From an uncultured Gemmatimonadales bacterium (GTDB lineage: Bacteria > Gemmatimonadota > Gemmatimonadetes > Gemmatimonadales > GWC2-71-9): a stretch of DNA of 64,000 bases. A program made the translations under genes and the position numbers. The stretch spans positions 192,001-256,000 of the forward strand of contig CAVSLV010000002.1 of assembly GCA_963728915.1 (NCBI GenBank). Direction: 5' to 3'. The notes beneath the pieces were generated by a model, which was not told the origin of the DNA, did no database searches, and worked only from the letters and a program-made list of their open reading frames with translations. Within the stretch, counting starts at the first letter, position 1. Each line of letters begins with the position of its first letter. Below, piece after piece: positions 38,980 through 50,854 of this stretch.

Positions 38980-40428
38980 ATGTCGTCTCCGTCGCGGTGC
39001 GCGCTCGGCACTCTCCTGATCATCCTGGCCGGCGGCTCCCTCGCGGCCCAGGCCACGCCCACCGAGCGCGCCGCTGCCGGCGCGGTCCTGACCAGTATCG
39101 ACTCCCTCGAGCGGGCCCTCGCCCCCGAGAAAACCGCCGACCGCCTGGTCAAGGCGAAGAACCCCGACCGCGACCGGATCCTGGCGCGGGCGGGGGCGCT
39201 CTGGGATGCGCGGTTCCAGGGCCTGAGCGACTGGATCGGCCGCCACCCGGAAATCGGGTTCCAGGAAGTTCAGGCGGTGGACACCATTCTCGCCGTGCTC
39301 CGCCAGAACGGCTTCAAGGTGGACTCCGGCGTCGCGGGGCTCGCCACCGCGTTCGTGGCGACCTGGGTGTCTCCGGCGGGGGCCGATGGCCCCGTGTTAG
39401 GGTTGATCGGGGAATACGACGCCCTCCGCGGCACCGCCGGCCCCTTCCACGGCGACCAGCACAACGCCCAGTCCCCGGTCGCGCTGGCGGCGGCGCTCGC
39501 GCTCAAGGAATTCATCACCGAGAAGCGCATCCCCGCGACCATCAAGCTGTTCGGGACGCCCGCCGAGGAGATGGGCCCGCCCAGCAAGAGCATCATGCGC
39601 GACGCGGGGATCTTCAAGGGCACCAGCATCCTGGTGCGGAGCCACAGCACCAGCCAGACCGCCCGGGCCCGGCCCGGCTTCGGCAGCTGCTGCCTCAACA
39701 TCAACAACGTGCGCTACATCTTCACCGGACAGCCGTCCCACCAGATGAGCAGCTGGAACGGCCGGAACGCGCTCGAGGCGGCGGTGCACTTCTACATGGC
39801 GGTGGACGGGCTGCGCTCCAGCTTCCGGCCCGAGGCCTCCATCCAGGGCATCATCCCGGAAGGCGGGACCGCCCCCAACGTGGTGCCCGATCGCGCGGTG
39901 GTGGATTACTACGTCCGCTATCCCGACGGGGTCTACCTGGAGCACATCCAGGAGATGATGGACAACGCGGCGCGGGGCGCGGCGCTCGCCACCGGAACCG
40001 AGGTGAAGATCGACCGCTACGGCGAGCTCCGCGACGGCATCACCACCAGCACGCTGGAAGAGCTCAAGTTCGGGTACGAGAAGTCGATGGGAGCGCCCCG
40101 GATCACCGAGGAGCCCAACCGGCCAGCGGGTTATGAAGAGACCGGCGGGGTGGCCCAGGATCTCCCCGGCGTCGGGGTGACCGTGGCCAGCTCGACCTTC
40201 CCGAATCACACCATGGGAATGCTGGAGGACGCCTTCACCGACGTGGGACACCGCGGGTTCCGCATGGACGCCCAGATCATGGCGATGACCCTGTTCCATT
40301 TCCTGACCGATCCGCCGTTCCGCCAGGCGGTACAGGCCGAGCACACCGCGCTCCAGGGGCTGTATCGGACCTATCAGCAGAACCTGCGAAAGGCCTACGC
40401 CACCGAGATGGCCAAACCGCAGCCCTGA
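38980..40428 (+). CDS. Secreted M20 family amidohydrolase (AbgB-like)
   Basis: HPEIGFQE, GEYDAL, GTPAEE, GRNALEA, GGTAPNVVP; signal peptide. Confidence 0.85.
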   Translation: MSSPSRCALGTLLIILAGGSLAAQATPTERAAAGAVLTSIDSLERALAPEKTADRLVKAKNPDRDRILARAGALWDARFQGLSDWIGRHPEIGFQEVQAVDTILAVLRQNGFKVDSGVAGLATAFVATWVSPAGADGPVLGLIGEYDALRGTAGPFHGDQHNAQSPVALAAALALKEFITEKRIPATIKLFGTPAEEMGPPSKSIMRDAGIFKGTSILVRSHSTSQTARARPGFGSCCLNINNVRYIFTGQPSHQMSSWNGRNALEAAVHFYMAVDGLRSSFRPEASIQGIIPEGGTAPNVVPDRAVVDYYVRYPDGVYLEHIQEMMDNAARGAALATGTEVKIDRYGELRDGITTSTLEELKFGYEKSMGAPRITEEPNRPAGYEETGGVAQDLPGVGVTVASSTFPNHTMGMLEDAFTDVGHRGFRMDAQIMAMTLFHFLTDPPFRQAVQAEHTALQGLYRTYQQNLRKAYATEMAKPQP

Positions 40429-40467
40429 TCGATCCCGCTCCCGGGCGCAGGGCCCGGTGGGACAGGA

Positions 40468-40974
40468 TCAGGGATGGATGCGTGACGGCAAGGAGGCGGG
40501 GCCCGCGGCAGCGTCGATGAGGTTTCCGAACCCGCGGAGCAAGGCGGTGGCGCGTTCCACCTCTGCCGCCCCAAACGAGCCCGCGAGATCCCGCGCGATC
40601 GCATTCTGGTAGGCCGCGAGCTTCCGGGCGACCCGGCGGCCGGCGGCGGTGAGGTGGAGCAGGGGGGAACGTCGGTGTGCCGGGTTAGGGAGGAACCGGA
40701 CCAGCCCGTCGCGCCCCAGCTCATCGGCGAGCCGCTGGACCCCCTGGCGGGCCACCCGGCGGGCCCGGGCGATCTGGGCCACCGTGCGCGGCCCTCCCCG
40801 GAGCAGCTCGAGCAGCACACTGAGACGCGGGGTGCTCTGGCCTTCCGCCGCGGTGAACCGGTCGGTCACCACCTTCATGCGGAGGAACACATCGAGGATG
40901 GTCCAGGCCAGCTCGATCAGGGCCTGGGGGGTGGCGCGGATCCGCGTCGGTCGTGCCACGGTCAACTCGAGCAA
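40468..40974 (-). CDS. MarR family regulator
   Basis: GPRTVAQIAR...RQGVQRLADEL...NPAHRRSPLLHLT. Start may be GTG at 40959. Confidence 0.88.
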   Translation of the reverse strand: MLELTVARPTRIRATPQALIELAWTILDVFLRMKVVTDRFTAAEGQSTPRLSVLLELLRGGPRTVAQIARARRVARQGVQRLADELGRDGLVRFLPNPAHRRSPLLHLTAAGRRVARKLAAYQNAIARDLAGSFGAAEVERATALLRGFGNLIDAAAGPASLPSRIHP

Positions 40975-41672
40975 TGGCGGTGAAGGAAGTCCACCGTTCG
41001 CCGCCAGGCAGAAGCCGTGGCGACGCTGCCGGGCTGAAACAAATCGAACTGGTGCCCCACCCCGGGATAGAGCGCCAGCTCGATGTCCCGTTGGTTCGCT
41101 CGCGCCTCCCGTTCCGCGGCGATCGCCGATTGCACGAAGGACTCCCGGTCTTTGTCGCCCTGGATGATGAGGACCGGCACGGTCAGCGTGCCCATCCGGG
41201 CCGGAAGGTCGGGATAGACGCCGTACCAGACCACGATGGCTGCCGGCGGCGGCGGGGTTCCTTCCATCGCAAGCCGTAACGCCAGGGCGCCGCCCAGGGA
41301 CAAGCCCAGCACACCGATGCGACGCGCCCCGCCGGGGATCAGCGATTCCATCCCGGCGAGCGCGATGGCGAGTCGTCTCTCCACCTCCGCGCGCCGGGCC
41401 GGGTGGTGATAGAGACCGCGTGCCCTCTCCGCATATCGGAAGACCAGGCAGGAAATGCCATCCCCGGCCAATCGTTCCGCCAGAGCCCGCTCGTGCACGG
41501 TAAGCCCGAACGCCGTGTGGAGCAGGAGCACGGCAGGAGCGTGTGCTCCGGCCTCGTGGAATGTCGCCTCGACCGTCCCCGCGTCCGCCGGGAACGAGAT
41601 GCCGCGGGGTCGCGCCCGACGGGCAATCCGCCGATCGCGCCTGAGCTGCCCGAGCGCCGCGAGGAACCCCAT
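40962..41672 (-). CDS. Dienelactone hydrolase family protein
   Basis: VLGLSLGG, VWYG, PVLIIQGDKD, YPGVGHQF. Confidence 0.85.
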   Translation of the reverse strand: MGFLAALGQLRRDRRIARRARPRGISFPADAGTVEATFHEAGAHAPAVLLLHTAFGLTVHERALAERLAGDGISCLVFRYAERARGLYHHPARRAEVERRLAIALAGMESLIPGGARRIGVLGLSLGGALALRLAMEGTPPPPAAIVVWYGVYPDLPARMGTLTVPVLIIQGDKDRESFVQSAIAAEREARANQRDIELALYPGVGHQFDLFQPGSVATASAWRRTVDFLHRHCSS

Positions 41673-41682
41673 CGGATCGGGG

Positions 41683-42240
41683 TCAGGGGCCGGCCTGCCG
41701 CATCCGCTCGAGCGCCCCTTCGATCGCAGCGGACGGCAGGTGATCGCCGATGCTCTTCCCATAGTGGGCGAGCGCCACTCGGCCGTCGGGGTCGATGAGA
41801 AAATCGGCCGGCATGGTGGACACCTGCAGGTCGAAGCCGCCCCAGAACCCGTAGCGCATCGCGCGGGCCCAGTCGAGATAGAACGACGGGAGCAGTGCGG
41901 AACCGAGCAGCCGGAGCCACGAGGTTTCCACTCCATAGGCGCGATAGATCCGCCAGGCCGGATCCCCCACCAGAGAAAAGGGATAAGCCCTTGCGCCCGC
42001 ATGGGCACGGATTCGCTTCGCGGACGAATGGAAGAACGCCACGAACCGGAGACCCCGGTCCCGCCAGGCCGGAAAGTCCCGGGCGAAATCGCGCAGCCGG
42101 AGGTTGCACATCGGGCAGGATGCATACCGATAGAAGGACAGAAGAACCGGCCCACCCCGGAGGGCGGCCAGAGCAACAGGGCCGCCCTGCACCGAGTCGG
42201 CCACAAAAGCAGGGGCGGGCTGGCCGGCGACGAGACGCAT
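41683..42240 (-). CDS. AhpC/TSA peroxiredoxin-like protein
   Basis: GQPAPAF, FYRYASCPMCN, MPADFLID, HYG. Confidence 0.88.
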   Translation of the reverse strand: MRLVAGQPAPAFVADSVQGGPVALAALRGGPVLLSFYRYASCPMCNLRLRDFARDFPAWRDRGLRFVAFFHSSAKRIRAHAGARAYPFSLVGDPAWRIYRAYGVETSWLRLLGSALLPSFYLDWARAMRYGFWGGFDLQVSTMPADFLIDPDGRVALAHYGKSIGDHLPSAAIEGALERMRQAGP

Positions 42241-42258
42241 GCCCGGAAAGATTCTCAG

Positions 42259-42276
42259 TTGACAACATGTTGTCAA
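42259..42276. promoter_or_regulatory. Perfect 18-bp palindrome, candidate MarR operator
   Basis: TTGACAACATGTTGTCAA in the divergent intergenic region. Confidence 0.7.
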
Positions 42277-42345
42277 GTTGATCCCGGTCGCCGATCACTC
42301 CACGGCGGCCGGTGCGCGAGGCCGGTCCCGGCGATAGGTTCCGGC

Positions 42346-43098
42346 ATGGAGAACGTCGTTGTCATTACCGGGGCGAGCGGGGGTATCGGGGCGGCAACCG
42401 CGGAGCGCCTCGCTGCCCGCGGCATGTCGGTGGCGCTGGTGGCGCGGCGAAAGGCCGAGCTCGAAGTCGCGGCGGCCCGCGCCGGCGAGCGGGCCCTCGC
42501 CATCGTCGCCGACGCCACCCGGCGGGACGAGGTCCGCCGGGCCATCGAAGCCACCCTCGCCCGGTTCGGCCGGATCGATGTCTGGATCAACAACATCGGC
42601 CAGGGAATCACCCGGATGCCCTCGGAGCTGACCGACGAGGACGTGGACGAGATGATCCGGGTCAACCTGAAGTCCGCGCTCTACGGGATGCAGGAGGTCC
42701 TGCCGCATTTCCGGGAGCGGGGCGAAGGCCACCTCATCAACATCTCCTCGATGCTGGGGAGAGTCCCCTACGCCACCTATCGGGCGGCCTACTCGGCCGC
42801 CAAACATTGCCTCAACGCCTTGACCGCCAGCTTCCGCGACGAGGTCACCCGCGATCACCCCGGTATCCGGGTCTCCCTGGTTTCTCCGCCCGCGGTCCCG
42901 ACCGACTTCGGCCGGCACGCCCTCCATGGAGGACCCGACTCGCGGACCTTGCCGAATACCCAGAGTGTTGAAGACGTCGCCGAGGCGATCGCCTGGGTCA
43001 TCGAGACCGGGGCGCCCGACGTGTACACCAGGCCGGAAAGTCGCGACCGGGTGCTCTCTTATTATTCGTCCCATGGGGTGGATGCCGGATCGGTCTGA
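42346..43098 (+). CDS. SDR family oxidoreductase
   Basis: TGASGGIG, INNIG, NISS, YSAAK. Confidence 0.92.
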   Translation: MENVVVITGASGGIGAATAERLAARGMSVALVARRKAELEVAAARAGERALAIVADATRRDEVRRAIEATLARFGRIDVWINNIGQGITRMPSELTDEDVDEMIRVNLKSALYGMQEVLPHFRERGEGHLINISSMLGRVPYATYRAAYSAAKHCLNALTASFRDEVTRDHPGIRVSLVSPPAVPTDFGRHALHGGPDSRTLPNTQSVEDVAEAIAWVIETGAPDVYTRPESRDRVLSYYSSHGVDAGSV

Positions 43099-43135
43099 TC
43101 CGCCGGGACCGGGAGGCCCGGTCCGGCAGACCGCG

Positions 43136-43513
43136 ATGGTCCTCCTCTTTGCCGCCGAGGCGAGTCTCCTCGGTTTCCTGAGCCTGATGCTGGCGTTGCT
43201 GCTCTTCGCCCTGCTCCGGCTCCAGCTCCTGAACGCGAACCTGCTGATCCTGGTGGCTGGAGGGTTCGGCCTCGGATCGCTCTGGTGGATGCTGCTCGCC
43301 TTCGGGCTGCCCGGTGGACCGCGCCGGTCGGGAATTCCCTGGATCGTGCGCGCCGGGTTAGGGGTCGGGGCCTTGCTCGCGGTCTATCTCGTTGCGCGGG
43401 TGGTTCTGGAGGGCCGGGCGGCGCTCGACCTCCAGGCGGCCCTTCTCTTCGGAGCCCCGATGGCCATCTGCGTCCACCTGCTCGCTCGTTCCAGAAGGAG
43501 GCCGGTCGAATGA
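43136..43513 (+). CDS. Hypothetical 4-TM membrane protein
   Basis: Hydrophobic segments; ATGA-coupled to the next gene. Confidence 0.5.
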   Translation: MVLLFAAEASLLGFLSLMLALLLFALLRLQLLNANLLILVAGGFGLGSLWWMLLAFGLPGGPRRSGIPWIVRAGLGVGALLAVYLVARVVLEGRAALDLQAALLFGAPMAICVHLLARSRRRPVE

Positions 43514-43953
43514 TGGTGCATCTCATCGGGATCGTGTCCGCCCTGCTGGGCGCTCTCTTCACCGGGGCGGCGCTCTATGTCACCGTGGTCGAGCACCCCG
43601 CCCGGCTCGAGGCGGGAACCGACGTCGCCGCGCGAGAATGGGGGCCAAGCTACGATCGCGCCAGGCCGATGCAGGCGACCCTGGCCATCCTGGCGGGCCT
43701 CACCGCCATCGCGACCTGGATTCACGGTGAAGAAATCACCTGGCTGGTGGCCGGGGGAATCATGTTCCTCATCGTCGCCTTCACCCTCATCGTGATCCGG
43801 CCGGTCAACCACCGGCTGCACGAGGCGGGGCGCGACCCCGGCTCGAGGGAAACCCGGGAGCTCCTCGAGCACTGGGGCCGCCTCCACAATCTTCGCACCG
43901 CGCTCGGCCTGGTGGCGACGATGGTGTACGGCTACGCGGTGCTGCAGCTCTAA
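43510..43953 (+). CDS. DUF1772 (anthrone oxygenase-like) membrane protein
   Basis: LFTGAALYVTVVEHPARL, FTLIVIRPVN, WGRLHNLRT. Confidence 0.88.
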   Translation: MMVHLIGIVSALLGALFTGAALYVTVVEHPARLEAGTDVAAREWGPSYDRARPMQATLAILAGLTAIATWIHGEEITWLVAGGIMFLIVAFTLIVIRPVNHRLHEAGRDPGSRETRELLEHWGRLHNLRTALGLVATMVYGYAVLQL

Positions 43954-44447
43954 CGTTCCGTCCTGGCGCTGATCTTTCCGGGCTGCCCGGCCCCGGGTGA
44001 GGTGCGAATCGGAATTTCGCGCGGCTTGGCTTTCTCGGTCTTGGGGATCCGCACCGTCAGCACTCCGTTATCGGTCGTCGCCTCGATCTTTTCCGGATCC
44101 ACCGTCGAGGGCAGGGTGAAGCTGCGCTCGAACGTGCCGTAGCTCCGCTCGTAGCGGTGCCAGCGCTCATCCTTCTTCTCCTCGACCTGCTGTTTCTCGC
44201 CCCGGACCGTCAGCACCTGGTTCTCCAGGTTGATCTTCACGTCCTCGGGGCGGACGCCCGGCAGATCGAGCGTGATCGTCACGTGCTCGGGATCCTCCCG
44301 GATATCGCAGGTCGGAGTCCAGGCCGAGCTGACCGATTCGCCGTCGAACCCGCCGAGGGCTTCGTCCATCAGCCGGTTGAGCCGGGACAATCCACTGAAG
44401 ACGTCCGACGACGGCTCGTTGCGTCGCCATCTGGTGAGATAAGGCAT
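43950..44447 (-). CDS. Hsp20/alpha-crystallin small heat-shock protein
   Basis: DLPGV, ERSYGTFERSFTLP, NGVLTVRIPK; GGAGG RBS. Confidence 0.95.
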   Translation of the reverse strand: MPYLTRWRRNEPSSDVFSGLSRLNRLMDEALGGFDGESVSSAWTPTCDIREDPEHVTITLDLPGVRPEDVKINLENQVLTVRGEKQQVEEKKDERWHRYERSYGTFERSFTLPSTVDPEKIEATTDNGVLTVRIPKTEKAKPREIPIRTSPGAGQPGKISARTER

Positions 44448-44554
44448 GGTTTCCTCCATGGCAGGGGTACACCGGAGAGCGGGGGGCATGGGCCCGCTCC
44501 CGGGGGGGAGGACGACCATCTCCCCACCCCTCCGCACATCGGAACAGAGGATCG

Positions 44555-45049
44555 TTATCCGCCCAGTGGTTCTCGCTGATACTGGAGCCGGAGACCGGGA
44601 TGCCGCCTGTAGAGGTAGATGCCCATCCCCGCGAGCGAGAGCGAATTCGCGCAGAGCACCGACCACCAGGGGAACAGGCTGCTGGTCATCTGGAGGACCG
44701 CATACATCATGAAGATGAAGAAGAATTCGAAGCACACCGCGATGACCAGCAGACCGAATCTCGCCAGCGGAGAAGACATCGCGAGATGGACCATCTGGGT
44801 CAGGACGATGCCGAACAGCACGAACGCTCCCACGTGCAGGCAGGTGTAGGCCACCACCGGTCCGGTTTCGGCCGGGGAGACCGACGGCGTCGAGAGATGA
44901 TAGAGAAAGACCTGACCGAGAACGCTCGGGGTGGAGAGCGGCCTGCCTTGAAGCAGGTCGGTGATGAGAAACCACACTGCGACGATCCCTGCCCCAATCA
45001 GTCCTGTGGTCGCACCTTCCCGCAGGAGCGAATGCTGATGCTTGACCAT
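44555..45049 (-). CDS. Hypothetical membrane protein
   Basis: About four TM helices (GLIGAGIVAVWFL, YTCLHVGAF). Confidence 0.7.
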   Translation of the reverse strand: MVKHQHSLLREGATTGLIGAGIVAVWFLITDLLQGRPLSTPSVLGQVFLYHLSTPSVSPAETGPVVAYTCLHVGAFVLFGIVLTQMVHLAMSSPLARFGLLVIAVCFEFFFIFMMYAVLQMTSSLFPWWSVLCANSLSLAGMGIYLYRRHPGLRLQYQREPLGG

Positions 45050-45061
45050 ATAGACACCTCG

Positions 45062-46522
45062 TCAGTCAGGCGTTCGTGCCTCCCTGCCGTCCGGCTCCGC
45101 TCGATTCTGCTCCACCGGCAGTCCGGCCTGCTCCCAGGCCGACATGCCCCCGGTGACGTTTGCGACGGCTTTCCGGCCACGCGCCAGGAGCAGGCTCGCC
45201 GCGATGGCCGAGCGGCTCCCGCCCTGACAGTGCACCGCGATCGGCTGATCTCGAGGCAGCTCGTCGGCGCGCTCGGGCAGCTCGGCGAGCGGGATGAGCG
45301 TCGCGCCGGGCAGGTGTCCGGCGTCCCACTCGCTCCGGCCCCGGACGTCGAGGACGACGAGTCCGTTCCGGCGTCGGGACAGATCGAGCGCGGAGAGCTG
45401 CTCGATCTGTCCCAGCCGGCCACCTTCCCGGGCCCAGAGCTCGACCGCAAGGTCGGCAAACCAGCCCCGGACCCGGTCGAAGCCGATCATGGCGAGGCTC
45501 TGCACGATCCGGGAAAGCCGGGATCCCTCGTCGTCGCCGCCCAGGAGATAGAGGTCCTGGTCGTAGGGGACCAGGGAACCGGCCCAGGTGACGAAGCCGC
45601 TGGTGAACGGAATGCCGAGGGTGCCGGGCACATACCCCGCGGCATGGTCGATCGAAGGCCGGGTATCGATCACCACCGCCCCGGATGCCAGCACTTCCCG
45701 CAGGCGGTGCTCGGCGACGCGCTCGGGGAGGAGCAGCGCCCCTAACACGGGAGGTCCTTCCCGGTTCATCCGCTTCATCCGGGCGAAATAGCGGGGCGGC
45801 TCCGGCTGGCCGGCCAGGACCTGGCCCACGAAGGCGTCCTCGCTCCCGGCCTGGAAGGCCCAGTTGAACCGGCGCTCGTATCCCACCGTCGACTGGGGCA
45901 CCGGGCTCATGCCCTTGCCGCAGGCGCTTCCCGCACCATGGCCGGGCCAGATCTGGAGGTGATCCGGCAGGGTCAGGAACCACTGGAGGCTCCGGTAGAG
46001 CTGGCGGGCGCCGCTGTCGGCGGTGCCTTGCAGGTGGGCCGCCTTTTCCAGCAGATCGGGGCGCCCGACGTCGTTGACGAAGACGAAGTCCCCGGTCACG
46101 ATCCCGATCGGCTCGTGTCCCACGGCGTGGTCGGTAACCAGGAAGGAGACGTGTTCAGGGGTGTGCCCCGGGGTGTGGATCGCCTGGATCGCGACGTTGC
46201 CGATCCGGATCTCGTCGCGATCCTTGAGCGGCCGCACGCCGCGCTCCTGGCGAAAGGCGTACTGCCATTCCGGGGGCCCGCAATCGGAAACCAGCACCTC
46301 CGCTCCGGTACGCGCGGCGAGCTCCCGGCTTCCCGAGACGAAGTCGGCGTGAATGTGGGTCTCGGTGACGAAGTCGATCCGGAGGGCGCGCGATTCCGCG
46401 GCGGCGATGTACTGATCGACCATGCGATTGGGATCGATCACCACCGCGCTCCCGCTCGCGCTGCACCCGATCAGATAGCTCGCCTGGGCGAGCCCATCGT
46501 CGTAGAACCGGAGGAAGATCAC
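45062..46522 (-). CDS. MBL-fold persulfide dioxygenase fused to two rhodanese domains (CstB/Blh-like)
   Basis: ETHIHADFVSG, TPGHTPEH, VGRPDL, PGHGAGSACG; rhodanese DVRG...HLPGA...HCQGGSRS. Confidence 0.88.
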   Translation of the reverse strand: MIFLRFYDDGLAQASYLIGCSASGSAVVIDPNRMVDQYIAAAESRALRIDFVTETHIHADFVSGSRELAARTGAEVLVSDCGPPEWQYAFRQERGVRPLKDRDEIRIGNVAIQAIHTPGHTPEHVSFLVTDHAVGHEPIGIVTGDFVFVNDVGRPDLLEKAAHLQGTADSGARQLYRSLQWFLTLPDHLQIWPGHGAGSACGKGMSPVPQSTVGYERRFNWAFQAGSEDAFVGQVLAGQPEPPRYFARMKRMNREGPPVLGALLLPERVAEHRLREVLASGAVVIDTRPSIDHAAGYVPGTLGIPFTSGFVTWAGSLVPYDQDLYLLGGDDEGSRLSRIVQSLAMIGFDRVRGWFADLAVELWAREGGRLGQIEQLSALDLSRRRNGLVVLDVRGRSEWDAGHLPGATLIPLAELPERADELPRDQPIAVHCQGGSRSAIAASLLLARGRKAVANVTGGMSAWEQAGLPVEQNRAEPDGREARTPD

Positions 46523-46568
46523 GGTGACGGGGAGAGCCGGGAGACAGGACCATTCCGGATCGATCTTC

Positions 46569-47348
46569 TCATCGGCGCACCAGCAGCACGACCAGCCCCA
46601 GGATAAGGAGGAACCCGGCAAACCCGCGGCGGAGGCTGCGCTGGGACACGTGGGGAACCAGCCGGCTCCCGACCACCACCCCGGCCAGGGCCACCGCCGT
46701 GAACACCGCGATGACGCCCCACTCGAGCCGCATCGCTTCCGGACTGCCAAGATACCGCGCCATCCCGGCGGCACAACTCAGCACGATCAGGGCGAGCGAG
46801 GTGCCGATCGCCTCCCGCACCGGAAGACCCGCGAGCACGGTGAGGACCGGCACGTAGAGGAACCCGCCCCCCACGCCCACGAACCCGGTGAGCAGTCCCA
46901 CGCCGGCGCCGATCAGGGTCACCCCGGCGATGTGCCGCTGGGGCGATCGCGCCTCCGGAGCCGGTTGGTCGGGGTGGAGGGTCATGTGCCGCGCCCGGGT
47001 CCCCCGGTACATGGTCAGCGCCGCGCCGAGCATGACGACGGCGAACACGGTGAGCCGGAGGTCATCCCGGACCCGCGGGCCCAGATCGGCCCCCAGCACC
47101 GCCCCCACGATCGCGGGGAGACCGAAGGCAAAGGCGGTCCTAACCCGCACGAATCCCTGCTTCCAGTGCCGCACCACGCCGACCGCGCTGGTGATCCCCA
47201 CCACCACGAGGCTCATAGGCACCGCGTCCCGCATGGTGTAGCCCATGACGTTGTGGAGCACCGGGATGGTGAGGATGGAGCCGCCTCCCCCCAGGACGCC
47301 CAGAGACAGGCCGATCAGGACCGCCAGGACATAGCCGATGACGGTCAC
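46569..47348 (-). CDS. Sulfite exporter TauE/SafE family
   Basis: LGVLGGGGSILTIP and GFVGVGGGFLYVP; AIGTSL. Confidence 0.9.
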   Translation of the reverse strand: MTVIGYVLAVLIGLSLGVLGGGGSILTIPVLHNVMGYTMRDAVPMSLVVVGITSAVGVVRHWKQGFVRVRTAFAFGLPAIVGAVLGADLGPRVRDDLRLTVFAVVMLGAALTMYRGTRARHMTLHPDQPAPEARSPQRHIAGVTLIGAGVGLLTGFVGVGGGFLYVPVLTVLAGLPVREAIGTSLALIVLSCAAGMARYLGSPEAMRLEWGVIAVFTAVALAGVVVGSRLVPHVSQRSLRRGFAGFLLILGLVVLLVRR

Positions 47349-47349
47349 C

Positions 47350-49116
<1,767 letters not shown>

Positions 49117-49149
49117 CCCGGGGAATGTAACGCCGCCATATATTCGGGC

Positions 49150-49986
49150 GTGACTCTGCTCGTCCTGACCGTGATCCTCGGGCTCGGTGCGCTGCTCGCC
49201 GGGTTTCTGGGTTCGCTCACCGGGCTGGGCGGTGGCATCGTCATCGTTCCGCTCCTGACCCTGGCGTTCGGCGTCGACATCCGCTACGCGGTCGGCACGT
49301 CTCTCGTCGCGGTCATCGCCACTTCCTCCGGCGCGGCGGCGGCCTACGTCAAGGAAGGGTTCACCAACCTCCGCGTGGGGATGCTGCTCGAGGTCGGCAC
49401 GGTGACCGGGGCGCTGGTCGGGGCCTACCTGGCCCAGATCGTTTCCGGGAATCTCATCGCCATCCTGTTCGCCGTCACCGTGCTGTTCACCGCGGTGCAG
49501 GCCTTCCGCGCGCCTTCGGAAGAGCGGGCGATCGTTTCGACCCCGCTGGCCCGGAAGCTCCGGCTGAGCTCCACCTATCCGACTCCCCATGGGCTCGAAC
49601 GGTACGAGGTCCGAGCGGTGCGTGGCGGGGTGGCGCTCATGCTCCTGGCCGGCTGTCTCTCCGCCCTCCTCGGCATCGGCGCCGGCATCATGAAAGTGCT
49701 GGCGATGGATCGTGCCATGGGACTTCCATTCAAGGTCTCCACCACGACCAGCAATTTCATGATCGGAGTGACCGCGGCCGCGAGCGCGGGGATCTATCTC
49801 CAGCGCGGGTACATCGAGCCGGGACTCATCTTCCCGGTCGTGGTCGGGGTGCTTGCGGGGGCCTGGCTGGGATCGCTGGTGTTTCGCGGGGCGCCGACCA
49901 AGGTATTGCGATGGGTCTTCCTGGTGGTCGTCGTCTCCCTGGCGCTTCAGATGCTGTATCGCGGAGTCACCGGAGGATTCCAGTGA
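49150..49986 (+). CDS. Sulfite exporter TauE/SafE family
   Basis: [36 protein letters not shown]. Confidence 0.9.
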   Translation: MTLLVLTVILGLGALLAGFLGSLTGLGGGIVIVPLLTLAFGVDIRYAVGTSLVAVIATSSGAAAAYVKEGFTNLRVGMLLEVGTVTGALVGAYLAQIVSGNLIAILFAVTVLFTAVQAFRAPSEERAIVSTPLARKLRLSSTYPTPHGLERYEVRAVRGGVALMLLAGCLSALLGIGAGIMKVLAMDRAMGLPFKVSTTTSNFMIGVTAAASAGIYLQRGYIEPGLIFPVVVGVLAGAWLGSLVFRGAPTKVLRWVFLVVVVSLALQMLYRGVTGGFQ

Positions 49987-50384
49987 CCGAGCCCCACGCG
50001 GATCAACCGATCCTGACCGGCCGGGCCATGGCCCTGCTGGTGGCGACGGTGCTGCGCGGCGGGGTCCTCATTGCCGCCGGGGTCACACTCGCCGGAGGAA
50101 TCCCCTACCTGGTCCTGCACGGGAAAGAGGTCCCCGACTATCACACGTTCCACGGGGCGAACGCGCCGCTTCGGAGCGTCGGCGCGATTCTCCACGGCGT
50201 GACGGCCCTCGATCTCCGGGCGATCATCGCGTTCGGCGCGATTCTGCTCATTGCCACCCCGATCGCGCGGGTGCTGATCACCTTCATCGGGTTCGCTCTG
50301 CGGCGGGACTGGACCTACGTGGTGATCACCACCATCGTCCTGGCGATTCTCTTCTACAGCTTGCTGGCCGGCGCCGCCCTGTGA
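49983..50384 (+). CDS. DUF1634 membrane protein
   Basis: [17 protein letters not shown]; usual TauE partner; GTGA overlap. Confidence 0.88.
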   Translation: MTEPHADQPILTGRAMALLVATVLRGGVLIAAGVTLAGGIPYLVLHGKEVPDYHTFHGANAPLRSVGAILHGVTALDLRAIIAFGAILLIATPIARVLITFIGFALRRDWTYVVITTIVLAILFYSLLAGAAL

Positions 50385-50854
50385 TCCGCGCGACGGACCT
50401 GCTCCGTCGCTGGGAATCCTGCCGGCGGTGGCCCGGCGGAGCCTGGCTCTTCAGCCGGCTGGTCGGAGCCCTGGTCCCCTATTCCGGTTCGATCCATGCC
50501 AGGGTGGTCGAGCTCCGGCCGGGTTATGCCCGATTGACTCTCCGGGAACGGCGGGCGGTGCGTCAGCATCTCGGCTCGGTGCACGCCGTGGCCCTCGTCA
50601 ACCTGGGCGAGCTCACCAGCGGGCTCGCGATGACCGCCGCGCTTCCCGACGGGGCGCGCGGCATCGTGCTCAGTCTGTCGGCGGAATTCCTCAGAAAGGC
50701 GCGCGGGACCCTCACGGCGGAATCACGCGTGATCGTGCCGGAGATTCGAGCGCCGACCACGCTCCCCGTGAGCGCCGAGATCAGGGACCAGGGCGAGGAG
50801 ACGGTCTGCCGGGTGACCGCGGCGTGGAAGCTCGATCTGAAGGCGGGCCGATGA
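50381..50854 (+). CDS. Hotdog-fold thioesterase (DUF4442/PaaI-like)
   Basis: [31 protein letters not shown]. Confidence 0.85.
   Translation: MIRATDLLRRWESCRRWPGGAWLFSRLVGALVPYSGSIHARVVELRPGYARLTLRERRAVRQHLGSVHAVALVNLGELTSGLAMTAALPDGARGIVLSLSAEFLRKARGTLTAESRVIVPEIRAPTTLPVSAEIRDQGEETVCRVTAAWKLDLKAGR

Noticed and set aside
44448..44554. Hairpins upstream of hsp20 as an RNA thermometer or CIRCE
   Set aside because: GC hairpins exist, but none clearly sequesters the GGAGG SD, and no CIRCE repeat is present.
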